The notes beneath the pieces were generated by a model that was given only the letters and a program-made list of their open reading frames with translations, was not told where the DNA came from and searched no databases. A stretch of 62,576 nucleotides of DNA, the filler included, from Dugesia japonica (lineage: Eukaryota): NCBI GenBank assembly GCA_001938525.1. It is 5 parts of 5 records of this genome, joined end to end, with 100 filler letters (N's around TTAATTAATTAA, not from the genome) between each part and the next. Parts side by side here need not be neighbours in the genome. Positions count along the whole stretch, not along the records: positions 1 to 14,326 come from MQRL01647996.1; positions 14,427 to 26,820 come from MQRL01544737.1; 3 more parts are not named here. One strand, written 5' to 3'. The translations under genes and the position numbers were made by a program. Positions 1 through 15,028 of this stretch are shown piece by piece. Position 1 is the stretch's first letter, and every line of letters starts with the position of its first letter.

Positions 1-1194
1 ATGATTAGTATTCTATTTATTAAATTAAGCACTTATACAGTCGATTATTGGTTGATAATAAACATCATAATATTGAAATTTATTCACACAAGTGGTAAAA
101 CAAATATATAATGTTTCTTGATAATTAATGTAGCTATAGGATGTTTAAAGAGCACAGTTATTTTAATAAACATGTTTGTAGTACTGAAAGATGGGTTTTA
201 TATGGCTTAAAAATTTATTCTCAAAATGAGTATTATATTTACCTATAAATATTTACTACATGAATATTGATTTTCACTCGCTATTTTGATCGTATTAAAG
301 AATTTCTCTCAATATTACTTAATAAATCATCCTTTGTGTGAGTGTTTTTTCTAAAATCGGTTTTCAGAATTTTGAACTAAAATTAATTTGAATGTAATAT
401 TTTTAAAAGAAAACTGTAATTACATAAGTCAATGAAATGGCAATAGTAGCAGACTCTTGATATCGTTTTTAACATATATTAGTTAAATAGTTGTGTTAAA
501 TGAAAAAAAGATTGAATAATAAACGTGATATATTAATTATTTTAACATATTAAAATTAAATCTTTTAATGCTAATGGATTTTTTATGTATTATATTAATT
601 TATTTCTTTGGTATTGTAAGAAATGTTCAGTCATTTAACATTTAAAATTTCGAAATAAATTGTATATTTCTACAAAAATTAATTAACAAATATATTTATT
701 TTGTTTAAAACAAATCAATTTTATTCTAATTTATTAACATATTGTAAATCAAAATTAAATAAAGCCATTTAAAATAAAACTTTATTGTTATATATTTCGA
801 CGGATCAACCGTCATCATCAGACAAAAATGAAAAAATGAGTTTATTCAGTCTATATTATTTTAACCAAGATTAATGTTAAGATTATACTGAATATAAGAT
901 GGCTAGATATCTTAATTTTAAAAATTCTTAGTTATTAAATTTTTTTAAATACAAAATTAATTTAAATTAATTATAAATTTTTTTACAATATTTTATTAAA
1001 ATTACTATTTAAACCTATCAACCAAATACATTTTTCATAAATAAGTAAAAATTTTTACTTTTAAATTAAATTTTTTCTAAAACCTATAAAATAATACAAA
1101 AATTGAAAGTTATTTAAATAAAATAAAATACAAAACCTATAGAAAGTTATAAAAATATATCAATATTTAAAAAATTTAAAATTTTTTAATCCAT

Positions 1195-1610
1195 TTAGTC
1201 GCGTGAGCTGTCTGCGCATTAATGCTTGGATTATGAAATCTAATCATCAGTGCCTCATACAAAATTGCTTATACAAAATTTGAAATTTGAACATTCGCAT
1301 TACATTAACTTTTAATTTTATGCTCAGCAATATTACTACCACCGCCAAAACGATTTATGCTCTTGAACCCTTGTACAGAGATGACGGGCAGTCTCTCCAA
1401 TGTATGTGGTATCACACCCATTACATTTAAACTGATAGAACGCAAATCGATTGGTGTATGGGATTTATTAACAAAGCTATTAACAATCTTTTGTAAAGTA
1501 GAAATAATTTTCAATAAAGGAAGATCCTTAGCAGCTTTCAAAATCGAATTCCTAAACTTTTTAAAACCTTCAGAATAAGGAATCGATAAAATAAATGGCC
1601 CAATTGACAT
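1195..1610 (-). mobile_element. Penelope-like retroelement 3' fragment (RT tail plus GIY-YIG endonuclease), frameshifted
   Basis: Minus-strand frames give FILSIPYSEG..., then YQFKCNGCDTTYIGETARHLCTRVQEH and EALMIRFHNPSINAQ, the hallmark Penelope GIY-YIG motifs. Confidence 0.8.
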
Positions 1611-1740
1611 ATTGAAAATCAGTGAAATTTTATTCTTGAAATTTACTCATTAATATATTGAAGACTAAACGCTCATGATTTTGAAAAATTCCAAGTTATA
1701 ATATAGGGCCCGGTCTATTTTTTAATAGTAAGGTTCTCAA

Positions 1741-2049
1741 TATAATGTCACTGGATTTTTGAGGTTCTGGAATTTTTANTGGATATTTTTAATAATATAT
1801 TTATAATTTATAATATATTTACAATAATATATTTAACTAACGAATGATTTTTTGCCTTAAAGTTAATGCTCGAGCATTATATAAAAAATCTAAAAATTAC
1901 CATAAATTCTAATTGATAATAATTTCAAAATATTTTTTAGAGATAAATCCGATCNAATTTATTTTGGAGTTACTATATTTTCCATAGAAATTATTNCTTT
2001 TTATTGAAAATTTTCATTTTTTGGAACCTTAGAATCCGGTCACATAATA
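1741..2049. mobile_element. Possible MITE with imperfect terminal inverted repeats
   Basis: Left TATAATGTCACTGGATTTTTGAGGTTC resembles the reverse complement of right GGAACCTTAGAATCCGGTCACATAATAT. No coding content. Confidence 0.4.
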
Positions 2050-3257
2050 TAACAAATGTTATCATATCAGCTCGTTTAATTATTTTTGTTTTAAAAATTT
2101 AAATGAATAAAAAATAAGTGGTGGCTACTTTTTTTTGATTTTTATCTTTTTAACTTTATTTTTAAAACAAATTTATTTATTTATAATGTTAAAGAAAAAT
2201 CTTTAACAACATAATAGAGATTATAATTACTGTGGAAACGTAAATTGCTTAGAAAATCTTGCAGCATTGAAAAATTTTTTAAAATTAAAGAAAGAAAAAT
2301 CATTTCAAATCCTCACAATATGGAAGGTCTGAAAATTTAAATTATATGAAAAGTTATTGCAATTCATATTTACATTTATTTTTCTAAGCTATTTTCTTGA
2401 CTTTATTAATTTAATTTCGGAACTTGTTAATTAGATTTAAATATAGATTTTTATTAGAAACAGCCTAATGTTCAATCGATAAGCTTTTTTCAAGCTAAAA
2501 TTAAATGAGATATATCAAATGAGAATTCAAATTGATGATTTATATTACCATTAAATATGAGGATAAATCCTAGTTAATCCCGAAATCAGTTTTTTATTGA
2601 AGATTATTAATATATTAAATAAATTTCTATTTAAATGCGTCGCAATATTAACTGCAAACAATAAATATTGCACATTTACTTCCTTGATAAATCAACGATT
2701 TACAATTTCAGTTTACATTTAGAAAAATATAGTGGGGATAGAACATTCATTTGATTTTAATGAATAAATATTTGCAACATTTATTTGTTTCTAATTACAT
2801 TTAATTGATTGGTATTTGATTATGATTCTTTATTTTACTGATGAATCAATCATTTCTAATTCATTAAAAATGAATTTATTGATTTGTGTAAATACGTCAA
2901 ATATCGATTTTATGATACTGAATCTGATAACAAAATAATTAGTACTATTTACTTGTATGAAATTATGACCAAAATCATATGGACAATTTTCAGAAATTTA
3001 TTTAATGTGTTCATTAAAATAAAAGCTATCAAAATTATTATTATTTGTGTGTGTGTATTTTCAAAAATATATTGTACAAATGGCTTCGCTCTATATCGAA
3101 TAAGAAAAGGCAATTTTTAAAAATTTTATTTGCAAGCCTGTTTTGGACATATCTATGTCCATAATCAGTTACTGTTGTAAAATAAGAGATGAAAGTGTTT
3201 ACTGGTCATTAAAACCTGTGGCGTAATCAATCCAATATAATAAGATTAAAATAATTT

Positions 3258-3530
3258 TTAAAGTGAGTGTGTGTCAATCTTAGTATTAAGAATCGTCTTA
3301 TGTGACCCAATTCTTAAAGTTTCGCACACAACTCTTTCAAAATAATTACCAATAACACTGTTCAAAACTGTAAACTCGTAGATGCTTATTTTGCCTGTTC
3401 TATTTTTGCAGCAGCATGCATGATCTAAAACTAAACTTTTTCTATTCAATTGCATATCCTCACTAACACGTGTGCGGAGATGACGTTTTGTCTCTCCAAT
3501 GTACGTGACATCACAACCTAAATAAACTAT
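3258..3530 (-). mobile_element. Penelope-like GIY-YIG endonuclease fragment
   Basis: ORF 3258..3563 contains GCDVTYIGETKRHLRTRVSE ... RVVCETLRI...ILN. Confidence 0.8.
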
Positions 3531-4778
3531 GCATATAATGACTAAGAAGAAAATAATGACCAAGAAGAAACATTAACAATAATTAAAACAAAATAATCAT
3601 AAAACTACCATTCTCAGAAGCTAAATCATTAAAATGCTCACTCATGAAATATTTTGATGATAATAAATTTAGATTAATTTTCACAAAAAAAATTTCCAGT
3701 TATTTAAGCAATAAATCTATTACACCAAAGACTTGGCTCTCTAACTTAGTTTATCAATATTAATGTAACGATTGTGATACCATGTACATTTGAGAAACAA
3801 ATGGTCATATTACACATATTTTTTATTATTTGTTAAAAAATTGCTTTTGTGATAAAAAATGACATTACATATGGGTACACCTAATAAGTTAAAGAGGATG
3901 CATAAAAAGCCATTGAGAACTTCGTTAAACTGAAAATAGTCTCTAAATATGGTATCTGTCAATAAAAAAGTAATTAAGACTTTTTTTTTGATCCAAGCCA
4001 TAAATTAATGCTATTATTGAATTCGAATTTATTCAAATATATATATATATATATATAAAATCACTTTGTGTGTGTGCAATGAATTCAATGAGAGTTTATT
4101 AAATATTACTTGCAAAAGATTATTTGCGAAAGAATTAAATTTTAATTACCTTTGTAATTAGTTTTCTACTTTGAATATTTTATAGCCCAAATTTTTATAT
4201 GGAATCTGATTTGTCAAATCAATAATTAAAATCCGATTTTTAAAGTCATTTCCTTCGTAATCAACGAGAAACGTCTGTTCAAATAAACAGGATTAATTTG
4301 AAATAGATATACATTAAAAGAAATTTTTAAAAATGAAAATTATTGTTTATTTAGGGTTAAATGTACGATTATTTTGTAGATATATATTTTGCAGAAGATT
4401 TTACTGTTTCCATCTTTTATTTCTAATTAGTTTTAAATTCAAATTGAAATTTTTTTTATTTGTAGTATTTAAATTTAAAGTTTTACAAAAATTTCTTTAA
4501 AAAGAAAGGATGTTTTCATTTTATTATAAATAATTTTTGGTTATCAGTTGAACAGAATTTGGATATCAATATTACTCTGGATTTTCTGAATTTCTTGAAT
4601 TATTCTGTGCAGAAAATTGAATCAAACCTCGATCGAGTTAATAATTTATTATCGATTTATATCTCATAAGTGTACTAGTTTATCGATATGAAACATAAAA
4701 GCTGTCCATATTTCATTATAGACTATGACAAATTTTCGATGAATTTGTAAAAACAATTTTTTATTTAATTTACTAGAT

Positions 4779-5005
4779 CAGGAATGCTTAATCGAAATGA
4801 ATTTTCGAGCCACATTTGAAAATGTAAAATAAAAAAAGCCACAACCATTTCATAATATGTAAAATTAGTTCATTGTTAAAAAAACTAAAGAAATAATACC
4901 AGAGAATTATTGAATATTGGTTTTTGAGCCTCATATAGTCTATATTATGTAAAATTATGGGAGCCGCAGAAAATTATTGAAAGAGCCGTGGGTTAAACAT
5001 ACCTG
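4779..5005. mobile_element. hAT-family MITE (227 bp)
   Basis: TIRs CAGGAATGCTTAA / TTAAACATACCTG (11/13 match). Perfect 8-bp TSD TACTAGAT at 4771-4778 and 5006-5013. Confidence 0.85.
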
Positions 5006-5279
5006 TACTAGATAGATAAAGTTTTTGATTTAACAGCAGAACATAGCATTCAATTCCTTGGTGACATTACATTGGGTGAAATTGTTATCTACAGGTTGGA
5101 ATTCTATCAACAAATTTAAATCTTTTTATTTTCTAGATTCCTAATATTTCTTTCTCCACATAGGTTATAAAATTTTTCCATATTTTATGAAAGCTTTTTG
5201 TAACTGAAAATACACAATCATCTGAAATTTTATCTACTTAGGTACTCTTAAGTCCTATTGATTACAATAATTTCCAATT

Positions 5280-6128
5280 TTTTCATATACCAAGACCCGG
5301 AGCTTCCAATGATAAAGGTGTGCAACAAACACTCCCATATTGGTTCAAGTGGCATTTCTGTTTTTTTTTTAATTTCATGATATTTCATTTCATTGTTGTA
5401 TCTCCACCATAGCTTTAATTTTAATTGATTAGATTTTTTACATCAACAATAAATTTCTTAAGTGGATCAATTATTTAAATGTATACATGATGGTTATAAA
5501 AAACTTGGATGTCTTTTATTGTTTTTATCTTTCTTCATTAAATCTACATAATATACCCAAAATCTTGTCATATCTTGCAATAACTAATTTCATAATCTTG
5601 GTACAGCAGCACAGAACATATGATGCTGTTTCTTTTTCTTCACCCTAGGCACGACATTTCTCATCGTTTTGAAACATTTCACTCTTGTAAATCATTTGCT
5701 TTCTAATTGTGTATAAAATATTATAAAATAATATTCTACTGTCATTAAACCTTGTCTTCGTGATATTTTCTTATTTAATTTGGTGCTCATTGTTCTCAGC
5801 TAGTAGTCCTTGATTTTAAGCTTTTTCAAAGTAATTAACCTTTCATAGCTTATGCAGAAATGGGCATATTTTGTTTTAATTCATCCAAAAATTCTGAAAT
5901 TGATTCCAATATTTAATCTATGATAGTAGGAAATCTTTTATTTGTCCAACAAATAAGTATATTTAATATTGGTGTTCTTTGGACCACCAGTTATTTCATT
6001 TAATATTATTGAAGTCTTTTATTTTCTCTACAGCTATATTAAAATCCAGACCGTCTATAACTTCATATAATTTGTCTCTAGTAAGATTTCTTAGGTTGAT
6101 ATTTTTACAATTTATCAAGTAACTGACT
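5280..6128 (-). mobile_element. Degenerate 3' part of an R2/NeSL-type (restriction-like endonuclease) non-LTR retrotransposon
   Basis: Minus strand reads KCRA*GEEKETASYVLCCC (decayed CX2CX8HX4C knuckle), IARYDKILGIL (RHD-like motif), FIVDV and FIIGSSGSW (RLE C-terminal GxxGxW motif). Many stops. Confidence 0.6.
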
Positions 6129-9100
6129 NNNNNNNNNNNNNNNNNNNNNNNNNNNNNNNNNNNNNNNNNNNNNNNNNNNNNNNNNNNNNNNNNNNNNNNC
6201 ATTCCATGTCTTAAAAAATAACATTTTAATTTTATTGATAATTATATTAAATATATAACCACTTGTTAGTACACTTTCTTTAAAAATATATTTTCATTCT
6301 TTTAATTAAATTCCTGACAATAGTTTTATTTGTTGATGATATTATAAATAAAAATCAAATATGACTAAAACTAATACAAAAACTTGAACAAATCTCACAA
6401 ATACTATTATTATTATTATTACTATTATTTCATTAGTAAATTTTATGTTAATTTTAGCCATGACTAATTTATTAGTAGCCTAGTTATGTTTTGTTTTGTT
6501 AATTTTATTATATTTATTTTGATTATATGTTTATACATATTATAAAATATTATTTATAAAAATGAATAATTGTGTTATTTAAACGTGTTTCTTTTATAAA
6601 ATAATATGCTAGAATATGTTTAACATCATACCACGTGTTTTTGATAAATAATGCTGAAATATTTTGAAAATTCTACTACAAATTATTCATATTATTAAAA
6701 TATCATGTTGATGATCAATAAGATATAACGCTGTATAAAAATATTTTTTAAAAATATATATAATTTATATTTGCTGTCAAAAGTGATCATTATAATATAG
6801 TAAATCAGATTATAATCAAATAAAATTATCAAGAACCAAAAAATATTATGTTCGTTATTGTTCAACAGATAAGCTATTTATTTTCCATACAAATGAAAAT
6901 CTAGAGAAAATTATTTGCATATGCATAATTTAAAATCGGATAATAAATCTATCGAAAATTCGTATACTGATGGAGAAATTATTTTAGCAATTACTTCCAT
7001 ACTAGAACATATATTACATTTGTAATTTAGTTGTGAGAAATGAGGAAAATGTTTTCATCTAAATTATTACAATTTTTTTTTGATTTCGTAATTTTTTCTA
7101 CAAATATTTGTTAATAACAAGTTTTTTAAAGTTATTTTTTTGCTTTACAAAATAATAAAAAATATTTATAATTTAAAATTGTGTATTTAACTTTTTTTAA
7201 CATTTAATGCTGTAAATTCAGAAATAATGTTGTTTCGTTTGATGCTTTTATATTTAAAATTCACTTTCCAATGCTTTTTTAAGTAGCTAATTTAAAAATC
7301 AATCTTTACAAAAGTTAATGTTTGAAAATCGAAATTATTAGCTACTATTTTTTTTTAAAGAATTGTTCTTCTTGAATAAGTTTTCATAGAAATTTTCTCT
7401 GGATTCCTATCATGTTAATTTATAGATTCAGTGTCATGATGCTAAGTTTTTGCAATGCTTTCGATAGAAATCAGTGAAAATAATCTACATTAAAATTTAT
7501 CGCAGGTAATTAAATTTAATGATAGAATTTGATACACGAAAGAAGTTCTGGAATAAAGTATTGCTTTCAAAAAGAATTATGTTAATATAAAAATAAATTT
7601 AATACTGACTTTGTACATTATTGAAATCTGATATTTTAAGAAATTTTGTTGATTAGGAATTTTATGTAATTGATGATTGTAATTTGTAATCCTCAGAATT
7701 AAACGGATCTAGATAATAGCTTGTAACTAAATTTTCGTTATATATGTACGTAANNNNNNNNNNNNNNAAATAATGAATATTTTATGAAGCGTAGCTTTTT
7801 TATTATATTTATCTATAAATTATTGTTATCTCAAATTTATTTGGATTTTGGAATATTATATATTTATCATTTAATTAATCTAATTTTTTATGCAGCCGTA
7901 GTTTTATAATAAATTCAATAATATAAATTCTTTAAATATTTTTATAATGATCGAATATATAAAAAGGTCATACTCAACGCATGAAATTTAAATTGTTTTT
8001 GTTTCTTAGATTGAAAATTATCAATAATTTTCTAAGTCACATATCATAATATCTGCTTTCATATGTGAATATATTATCATTTTGAGTCTTTGTATTATTA
8101 TTAATTTAATTTACACTTGTTCTTATTGATTTTCTTTGATTTTGATAATATTTAGTTTCTTATTGTTTTGCAGAGATTAAATTAAATTTAAAATTATATT
8201 CGTTTTTTTTGGCTATGTATTTATTTAATGACGTTACATTTTATATCCGTTCAATTTGATTAATTTAATCAGATATTGTGATTGTTGAACAAAATTACTC
8301 AATTTCGAATTAATTTTCATTTTTATTTCATACTTTATAAACTAAAACTTTAGCTGTTTTTATTGATTTTACTGAATATTTGAAACAGTCAAACCTTTCT
8401 TTGATATGTTAATGAATTCCAAAGAATAAATGTAATCAAATCTGAATCACCCAATTAAAAACTATTTTCAACTTTGTATTTAACAATTTACATTCTTTAA
8501 AATCATGTCGTATGTATACTTTTGTTATAAAAATATTATAAATATTTACTAATCAAAAAAATGTTTATAGCATCATGTCTTAGAATTGATAAATTCATTT
8601 TACTTTTATACAGTTTTGTTTTTTATCCTACCCAATATAACAATTTTGTATATAATTTAAAACATTGAAATCATGCCTTAAAAAATCCCAAAATCGCCAA
8701 GAATCTATATTTTTCTTATAAGTTATTCAAACTTTATTTAATATTTTTTTCAATTAACATATTGCTGTTTTTATGAATAATAATAAAAATTTAAGAATTA
8801 TTTTTACGAAAATTCTTGGTTAAAAAGTCATTAGGAAATTTGAATAAATTAATACCAATTTTTCTATCATTAAAATATTCAGAATGTTAATTTTTGTTAG
8901 AGTTTAAATTGCGAATATAAATAAATAACAGAAAATTTTCATCATTTAAAATAAAATGTATTCATTTTTATAATATTTAACAATTTTTCAGAATAATTGA
9001 ACTTATTATTTTAGTAAAAATATAAATATAAAATATTTTTGTGAATTGTCGGTATTTTAAAGAAAAATAATTGCTCTATTTTCTTAATAGATAACGCGCT

Positions 9101-11730
9101 CCTTTTTATATATCGTATTTTATAATGAAAATTTTTAGATCATCTAGTAAATTTTACACTTCTAAATGTTTCGTGACCAGTTCATTTGTTTCTTTGAATG
9201 GGTTTTTATGTATAGATAAACTCAAGCGTTATTGATGGGAAAATGTGGTACTTAATTTAGATTATTGTATTCAATATTTAAATTGATCTGAAAAGTTTTA
9301 AAAATCAGTCGATCCTAATTCTTAAGAATTCAATTATTTCATTTTTAACAAGTGATACATATTTAGTGTTCCCAGCACTTAAGGTTTATTTAAGTTAATA
9401 AATGAATTTCAGTAGCGTATTCTTGACCCGTCGTCACGTAAAGTAAATATCAACTTAAAATTTCTTAAATTTTGTATAATATATTATATTATATTATATT
9501 ATATTATAATGTGGAATTTTCTCGGAAATATATAAAACTTTTGATGTTTTGTAGATGTATGCCATTTCAGCTCTAACTTAACTGATTTGATAATACTGTT
9601 TAATAAGTAAAAAATTGGTATAAAAGGTAAATTAATGTTTCCAGTGTATTAATTTACTTGATTTTACAAATAGTTTAGGCGTACTGGGTGATTTTCCTAT
9701 TGCCCCAAACCCTTTATCCTGTTCAGAGTGTCTTCGCTTTAATTTAGATTTCTAATTTAAATAATACTTTCAATTTTATTAAAAATTCCATAATAAATAT
9801 CATTTATTCTCACTTTACTTTTACCACAAATTAAAGAAAATGAAACTTTGCAAATTTTGATTTTTCAAAAAGGTAAATGATCAAGACTTCATCAAATAAT
9901 AAAAAAATTGATGTCGTTGTTTTCAAGGAAAGCCCAAATCTAATTGCAATAAAATAAGATAAATTTAATAATTCTGTAAAATAATGAAAAGTTTCGAAAT
10001 TATAAATATAGTATTTTTCCAGTTTTTGGATTTGCGTAAAAATTGATAACTACGACAGTTTAAAAAATTTTAAAATTTCTAGCTTTATACTCCGTGGACT
10101 GAAAGTAAGATGTTGAATAATAGATAATAATATTTTACAACAATGAGCGCGGTAATAAATTTCTGTAATAAAAAACCGATTTCATCGAAAATCTGTTTAC
10201 AAATAGACTTTCAATAAGTGTATTCTAAGCATTTATTTATAATTAGTGTTCGAATTGGAAAATGGGAAAATAAAAGTGTTAATTGAAAATATTAATAAAA
10301 GTAGACATTAAATAAATAAATTTTCAAAATTTAACAAGTCTGTTTTAAATATTAAAAATAATATTTGTTGGACATGAGAAAAAAACAATTTTAAGGTTTA
10401 TTTATTTTATGACTTTTTGTAAACATCTTTAAGTATACATCAATCATGTATTAATGAGAAATTATTTAAATTGAATGTCTATTCAAGCTTTTAATAACTT
10501 TAGACAATATGTCAGTTTTTTGAATCATTTTAAGAGAATATTATATTAATATCTATATTCATGTACTAAATTTTCAAACGGATATTTTCTATTAAATAAA
10601 AACGGAATTTAATAAAAATATAAGTGCATTAATTTATTGTTTTAATTTATTATGTATTTGAAGAAAAGCAGTTATCAATTTTCTTTATTTTTTTATTGAA
10701 AATTTACAAGTTTTCAATAAGAAAATTTAAGGAAAAAATCTTTTCTGCTCACAGATTTTGTTTTTCACTTATGAAAATATTTTAATTGTTATATATTTTA
10801 ATAATCTAAAAGTATTTTTACAGATTTAAAATATTTCTTGTTCGTTATTCAATTTTGTTTTTTTAAATATGGAATGGTTCCAAAATTTCAATTAAAATAA
10901 ATTTGGTGATTATACACCAATCAAATTATAATTATTTACTATTTCACATTGAAACGTTAATAACAATATTTCATTATGAAAAATCTAGTCTATAATTTAA
11001 TTCGTGAATTATTTTTATAAATATGTGCAAATTCAAACCGTTTTGGCACCATAGATAGTTTGCAGTCTTGGCTTCCCATTGTTAAACAAAAATATTATCC
11101 TAGTATTTTTTATTAGTTAAATTGAAAAAAAAACTATAACAAATTAATTTATAGAAAAACAATAAACGAAATGAACAAACTTTTCTTGTTTAAATTTTAA
11201 CTTTGCGAACTGTCTTTAGTGGATTCTACAACGAAATCTTTTTATTATTACCGTTTGCTATGTAGTATTTAAGTGAATTTAATACTCAAAGTCGATTTTT
11301 ATTCACTTTTTGTTAAACTCACATTCTTACTGAATGCTGGGATTAGAATTTTTAATAAAACTAGCAATGTAATGTTCAAGTTAGAGTCCACATGTCAATT
11401 AATTTCATTTTACAAATTAAAATCATTACGTATAAATGTAAAAAAAAATGCTTGAATCTTGTTGATAACATTTAATTTATTACTAAATATAAATTAAATC
11501 AACAAATATTTCCTTTCAATTAATTTCTGTTTCAGCATCATTAAGTTTTTGTGCATATCATATAGCTGGACTGTCTGAAATAAATATGAATTAGAACCAT
11601 CTTTAGTTTTTTCTTTGATTTTCAAATTTGATATAGTATTATTATTTGGCAATAATTACAGTTTATAAATTACATATTTTATATTTCTAGGTATGCTTTA
11701 TTGTTTATTATTAATATATCTCGATTTTAG

Positions 11731-11858
11731 ATGCAAGATTACCTCAGTTCATTGTACATGCAGTCATCAAGGCTTATTTTGGTGTCCTCACATTGTAGCG
11801 TTAGCTTTATTCAGAATCAGAAAACCGGAAGCTGTTCAGTTCCGTGAACCCATATCAG
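11731..11858 (+). CDS. Internal exon of a ZSWIM4/5/6-like SWIM zinc-finger protein
   Basis: AG/GT-bounded exon encoding [43 protein letters not shown] (CxCx6CxH SWIM motif typical of the ZSWIM4/5/6/8 family). Confidence 0.85.
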
Positions 11859-11929
11859 GTAAAAAAAATTTGTTTTTTAATTTTAACATTATTTTAAGTT
11901 GTTTCGATTTTAACATTATTTTTTTAAAG

Positions 11930-12073
11930 AATCTCTGGTGCGAATGGATCGTGACCAACTGCAAAAATTCGCTCAATATCTCATAGCCTCTCATCCAAAT
12001 CAGGTTTTATCGAGTGCCCAAAATCTAGTAGATCAATTGCTCGAGACAAATTCCACCATCAATCAGATATACG
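11930..12073 (+). CDS. Next exon of the ZSWIM4/5/6-like gene
   Basis: After a 71-bp GT-AG intron the frame continues [49 protein letters not shown] and ends at a GTAAGT donor. Confidence 0.85.
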
Positions 12074-14326
12074 GTAAGTAGAATGCCAAATTGTCTCTGA
12101 TAAAATTTTATCGCATACATATACAAGTAAGGCGTGTATGTGCGCGCTAGTGGTTGCTTGTTTTTCAACCGTTGAAATACTTTGGATTTTATATTGAAAA
12201 ATTTGCCATATACTTTTATTTTTAACAGGAAATTTTACATTAATTTTTAACAATTTTTTTGTATTAACATTTTTTGGCTACATACTTAATTGATTAATTT
12301 ACTCAGATATTTAATCACCACTACTTCATTTAATATTTAATTTATTGTCGAATCGATAACTTTTATGACGTCATTTTAAAATTGATTTATCATTACCTCA
12401 TAGATTTTGTCACGCATTATTTTGAATACACTGGTATTTTTATTGAAAAATTGTTAAGAAATTTTTTACAAATCACTCTTATTAGTGATAAATAAATTGA
12501 CGGACAAATCGACTTTATCTGTCGCTTAGTTATGCTGCTGTTGTTGTCGATGTAGTTGTTTTGCAAACTGTGGCATGGTGTTATATGATTTCGACAAACG
12601 TGTTGAATTGAAATTGTTACTTGCCAATGAGTAGTGTTGATCTGTCTGACGATAGTCTCTATTATCATACACACACACAAAATGGGTTGGCCACTTATCT
12701 TCAGTATACAATTGAAATACATGAGCTCAGTCTTTCTTTGTCAGTGTAGGTTTCGCTGATTTTCTTTATCACTAGTTTGTCTTATTTTTCACAAAGAAAA
12801 TTGTGTTATTATTTTGTATTTTGGTAAAATACATTTAAGATTTTTAGTTTTATATATATATATACATATATAATTAATGCATTTTATCAGTTTATTAGTT
12901 ATTTTATTAAATTACAAATTGAATTTTTTTTTCATAGAAATTTACTGTTTTAAAAATCTTTGATTTTAAAATGTAAATATATATTTTCGTTGAAACTTTG
13001 TGTATAAAGAAATTTTTTTTTAATATGTATGACTCAGGAGATATTAAATTTTGATTGTAAAATTTGAGAATTTTTTAAAAATTTTTGGAATGCGTTTATT
13101 GGAATTTAAAAGCATCAATCAATGCGATTAATAAACATGAAAGAATGTTGTTCTATTAGACAAAACAAAGACCGCAAAATAAATGATAAACTGGTTTCAT
13201 GTTTATTTATTCTATCAATATTTCTTCATGTTAATTTTCACTAATACACTGTCGTGCTGTTTTCGTTTTCAACTGATGACTAAGCTCCAGTTTTCTAAAA
13301 ACGATAACACAAGTGTTTTTTGTTCAAGATTAAGAAATTAAAAATTGTAAGCTGTTTTTGTTTTAATACGAATTATTTGTATTTTGTCCATCGCTAAATC
13401 GCTGATGCTGCTGTAACAGCTTTATCAAATATCTTTCATTAATATTATCAATAATACACTTATTATCTGTGTTCGCATTCAACAACTAAATAACAACAGA
13501 CTATTGCGATGAGATAAAAAATAATAAAATTCTATTGGCAATGTTACAACTTTGCCTTTGTTCTCTTTTTCTCTGTCTCTGTTTCTCTCTCTTTCATTGT
13601 AAAATAATCAAATCATCAACTAGCAACTAATCGCCACTAGTCGTTGAATAGTCAGCAAGACTACCAAACAACAGTACTCACCCACTATGTTCTGGTGCAA
13701 TGAATTCAGTTGTTTTTTTAATTATTCTTACGTCAATCTTTTGGCTTTGTTTGACAAGATGCCACTGATTTCAGAATTGGGTCTTTGTTTTTTCTTGTGC
13801 TGATTTTCGATTATGTTCTGGTGTTTTATTGGTGAATTATTTTTTATTAATAGATTTTAAATTTTACTAGCACAAATTTAATGTTTGATTATTGATTACT
13901 AATATTTGCTAAATAAAATTATTCTATCAATTGGCATATCTCCAACAGCGATAATTAATAATCAAGCATTGATTCTCATTTATATTTTAGTGATATGCTC
14001 ACTATTATTTACACTTTGGTTGTTTTATTATTGTTATTATTATGAATCGTCGTTTTTGTTGTTATTTCAAGTGGCATGAAATGTGGGACTATCTGTCTAT
14101 TTTGCTGCCTGAAATTTCTTCTGTTTCATATCAAACCGATTTTTCTTCCAAAATTTTTCTTTGGAATTTGTTTACTTTTTAAAGGCAGATGTCATAATCT
14201 ATTCATTGTATTTTTAATCGATTCTGTGTATGGATGATATATGTAAATTTACTGATGTTGCTGAAAATAATTAATTTTCTGGTAGCTGTAATTTGGAAAT
14301 AAATCTTCCACATTTAATTATGTATT

Positions 14327-14426
14327 NNNNNNNNNNNNNNNNNNNNNNNNNNNNNNNNNNNNNNNNNNNNTTAATTAATTAANNNNNNNNNNNNNNNNNN
14401 NNNNNNNNNNNNNNNNNNNNNNNNNN
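14327..14426. other. Artificial contig spacer (44N-TTAATTAATTAA-44N)
   Basis: An identical 100-bp spacer with stops in all six frames occurs four times in the window. Confidence 0.9.
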
Positions 14427-14672
14427 AACATTTTACTGCCGTTGGAAATCAAGATATTACATTAGACTTATTACAAGAAATAGTAAATGATTACAATAAC
14501 CCATTACATTCAACAATTAACATTACACCTAAAGAAGCAAGTATGAATCCTGAAAAAGTAAAAGTTGAAATGCCAAAAGATTATAATCAAACTCAAAAAT
14601 TTGATGTTGGTGATAGAGTAAGAATAACTAAAATAGGAAAAACATTTCCTAAAGGTTATACATTTAAATGGT
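14427..14672 (+). CDS. Polinton retroviral-like integrase, C-terminal part
   Basis: LLQEIVNDYNNPLHSTINITPKEAS...KFDVGDRVRITKIGKTFPKGYTFKW matches the Polinton INT C-terminal motifs. Flanked by gaps. Confidence 0.85.
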
Positions 14673-15028
14673 NNNNNNNNNNNNNNNNNNNNNNNNNNNN
14701 NNNNNNNNNNNNNNNNNNNNNNNNNNNNNNNNNNNNNNNNNNNNNNNNNNNNNNNNNNNNNNNNNNNNNNNNNNNNNNNNNNNNNNNNNNNNNNNNNNNN
14801 NNNNNNNNNNNCAGGTGATGAAGAAATATTTAAAGAAATAAATGAAAAAATATCTAATTGTGGTGGTGAAGAATTAGAAGCATTATTAGAAGAGAAGTAT
14901 GAAAATATGCGTCAAATAGATTACATTCAATATTTAATAGATAAATATAAATGCACTGACTCCAGTAAATGGGAATTTGTATTGGATAATGGATTACTAT
15001 AATTAAAATATAAATATAGAAAATAGCA

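Noticed and set aside
5285-5320. FIIGSSGS as a Walker A motif of an ATPase
   Set aside because: It continues GSW, not GKT, and lies downstream of a CCHC knuckle and an RHD-like motif. This fits a non-LTR restriction-like endonuclease.
12417-12722. Overlapping minus-strand ORFs with a short Gln run
   Set aside because: No recognisable domain or splice structure; probably intronic sequence of the ZSWIM-like gene.
14371-14382. TTAATTAATTAA as a piggyBac target or regulatory palindrome
   Set aside because: Always centred in exactly 44 N on each side; it is an assembly linker.
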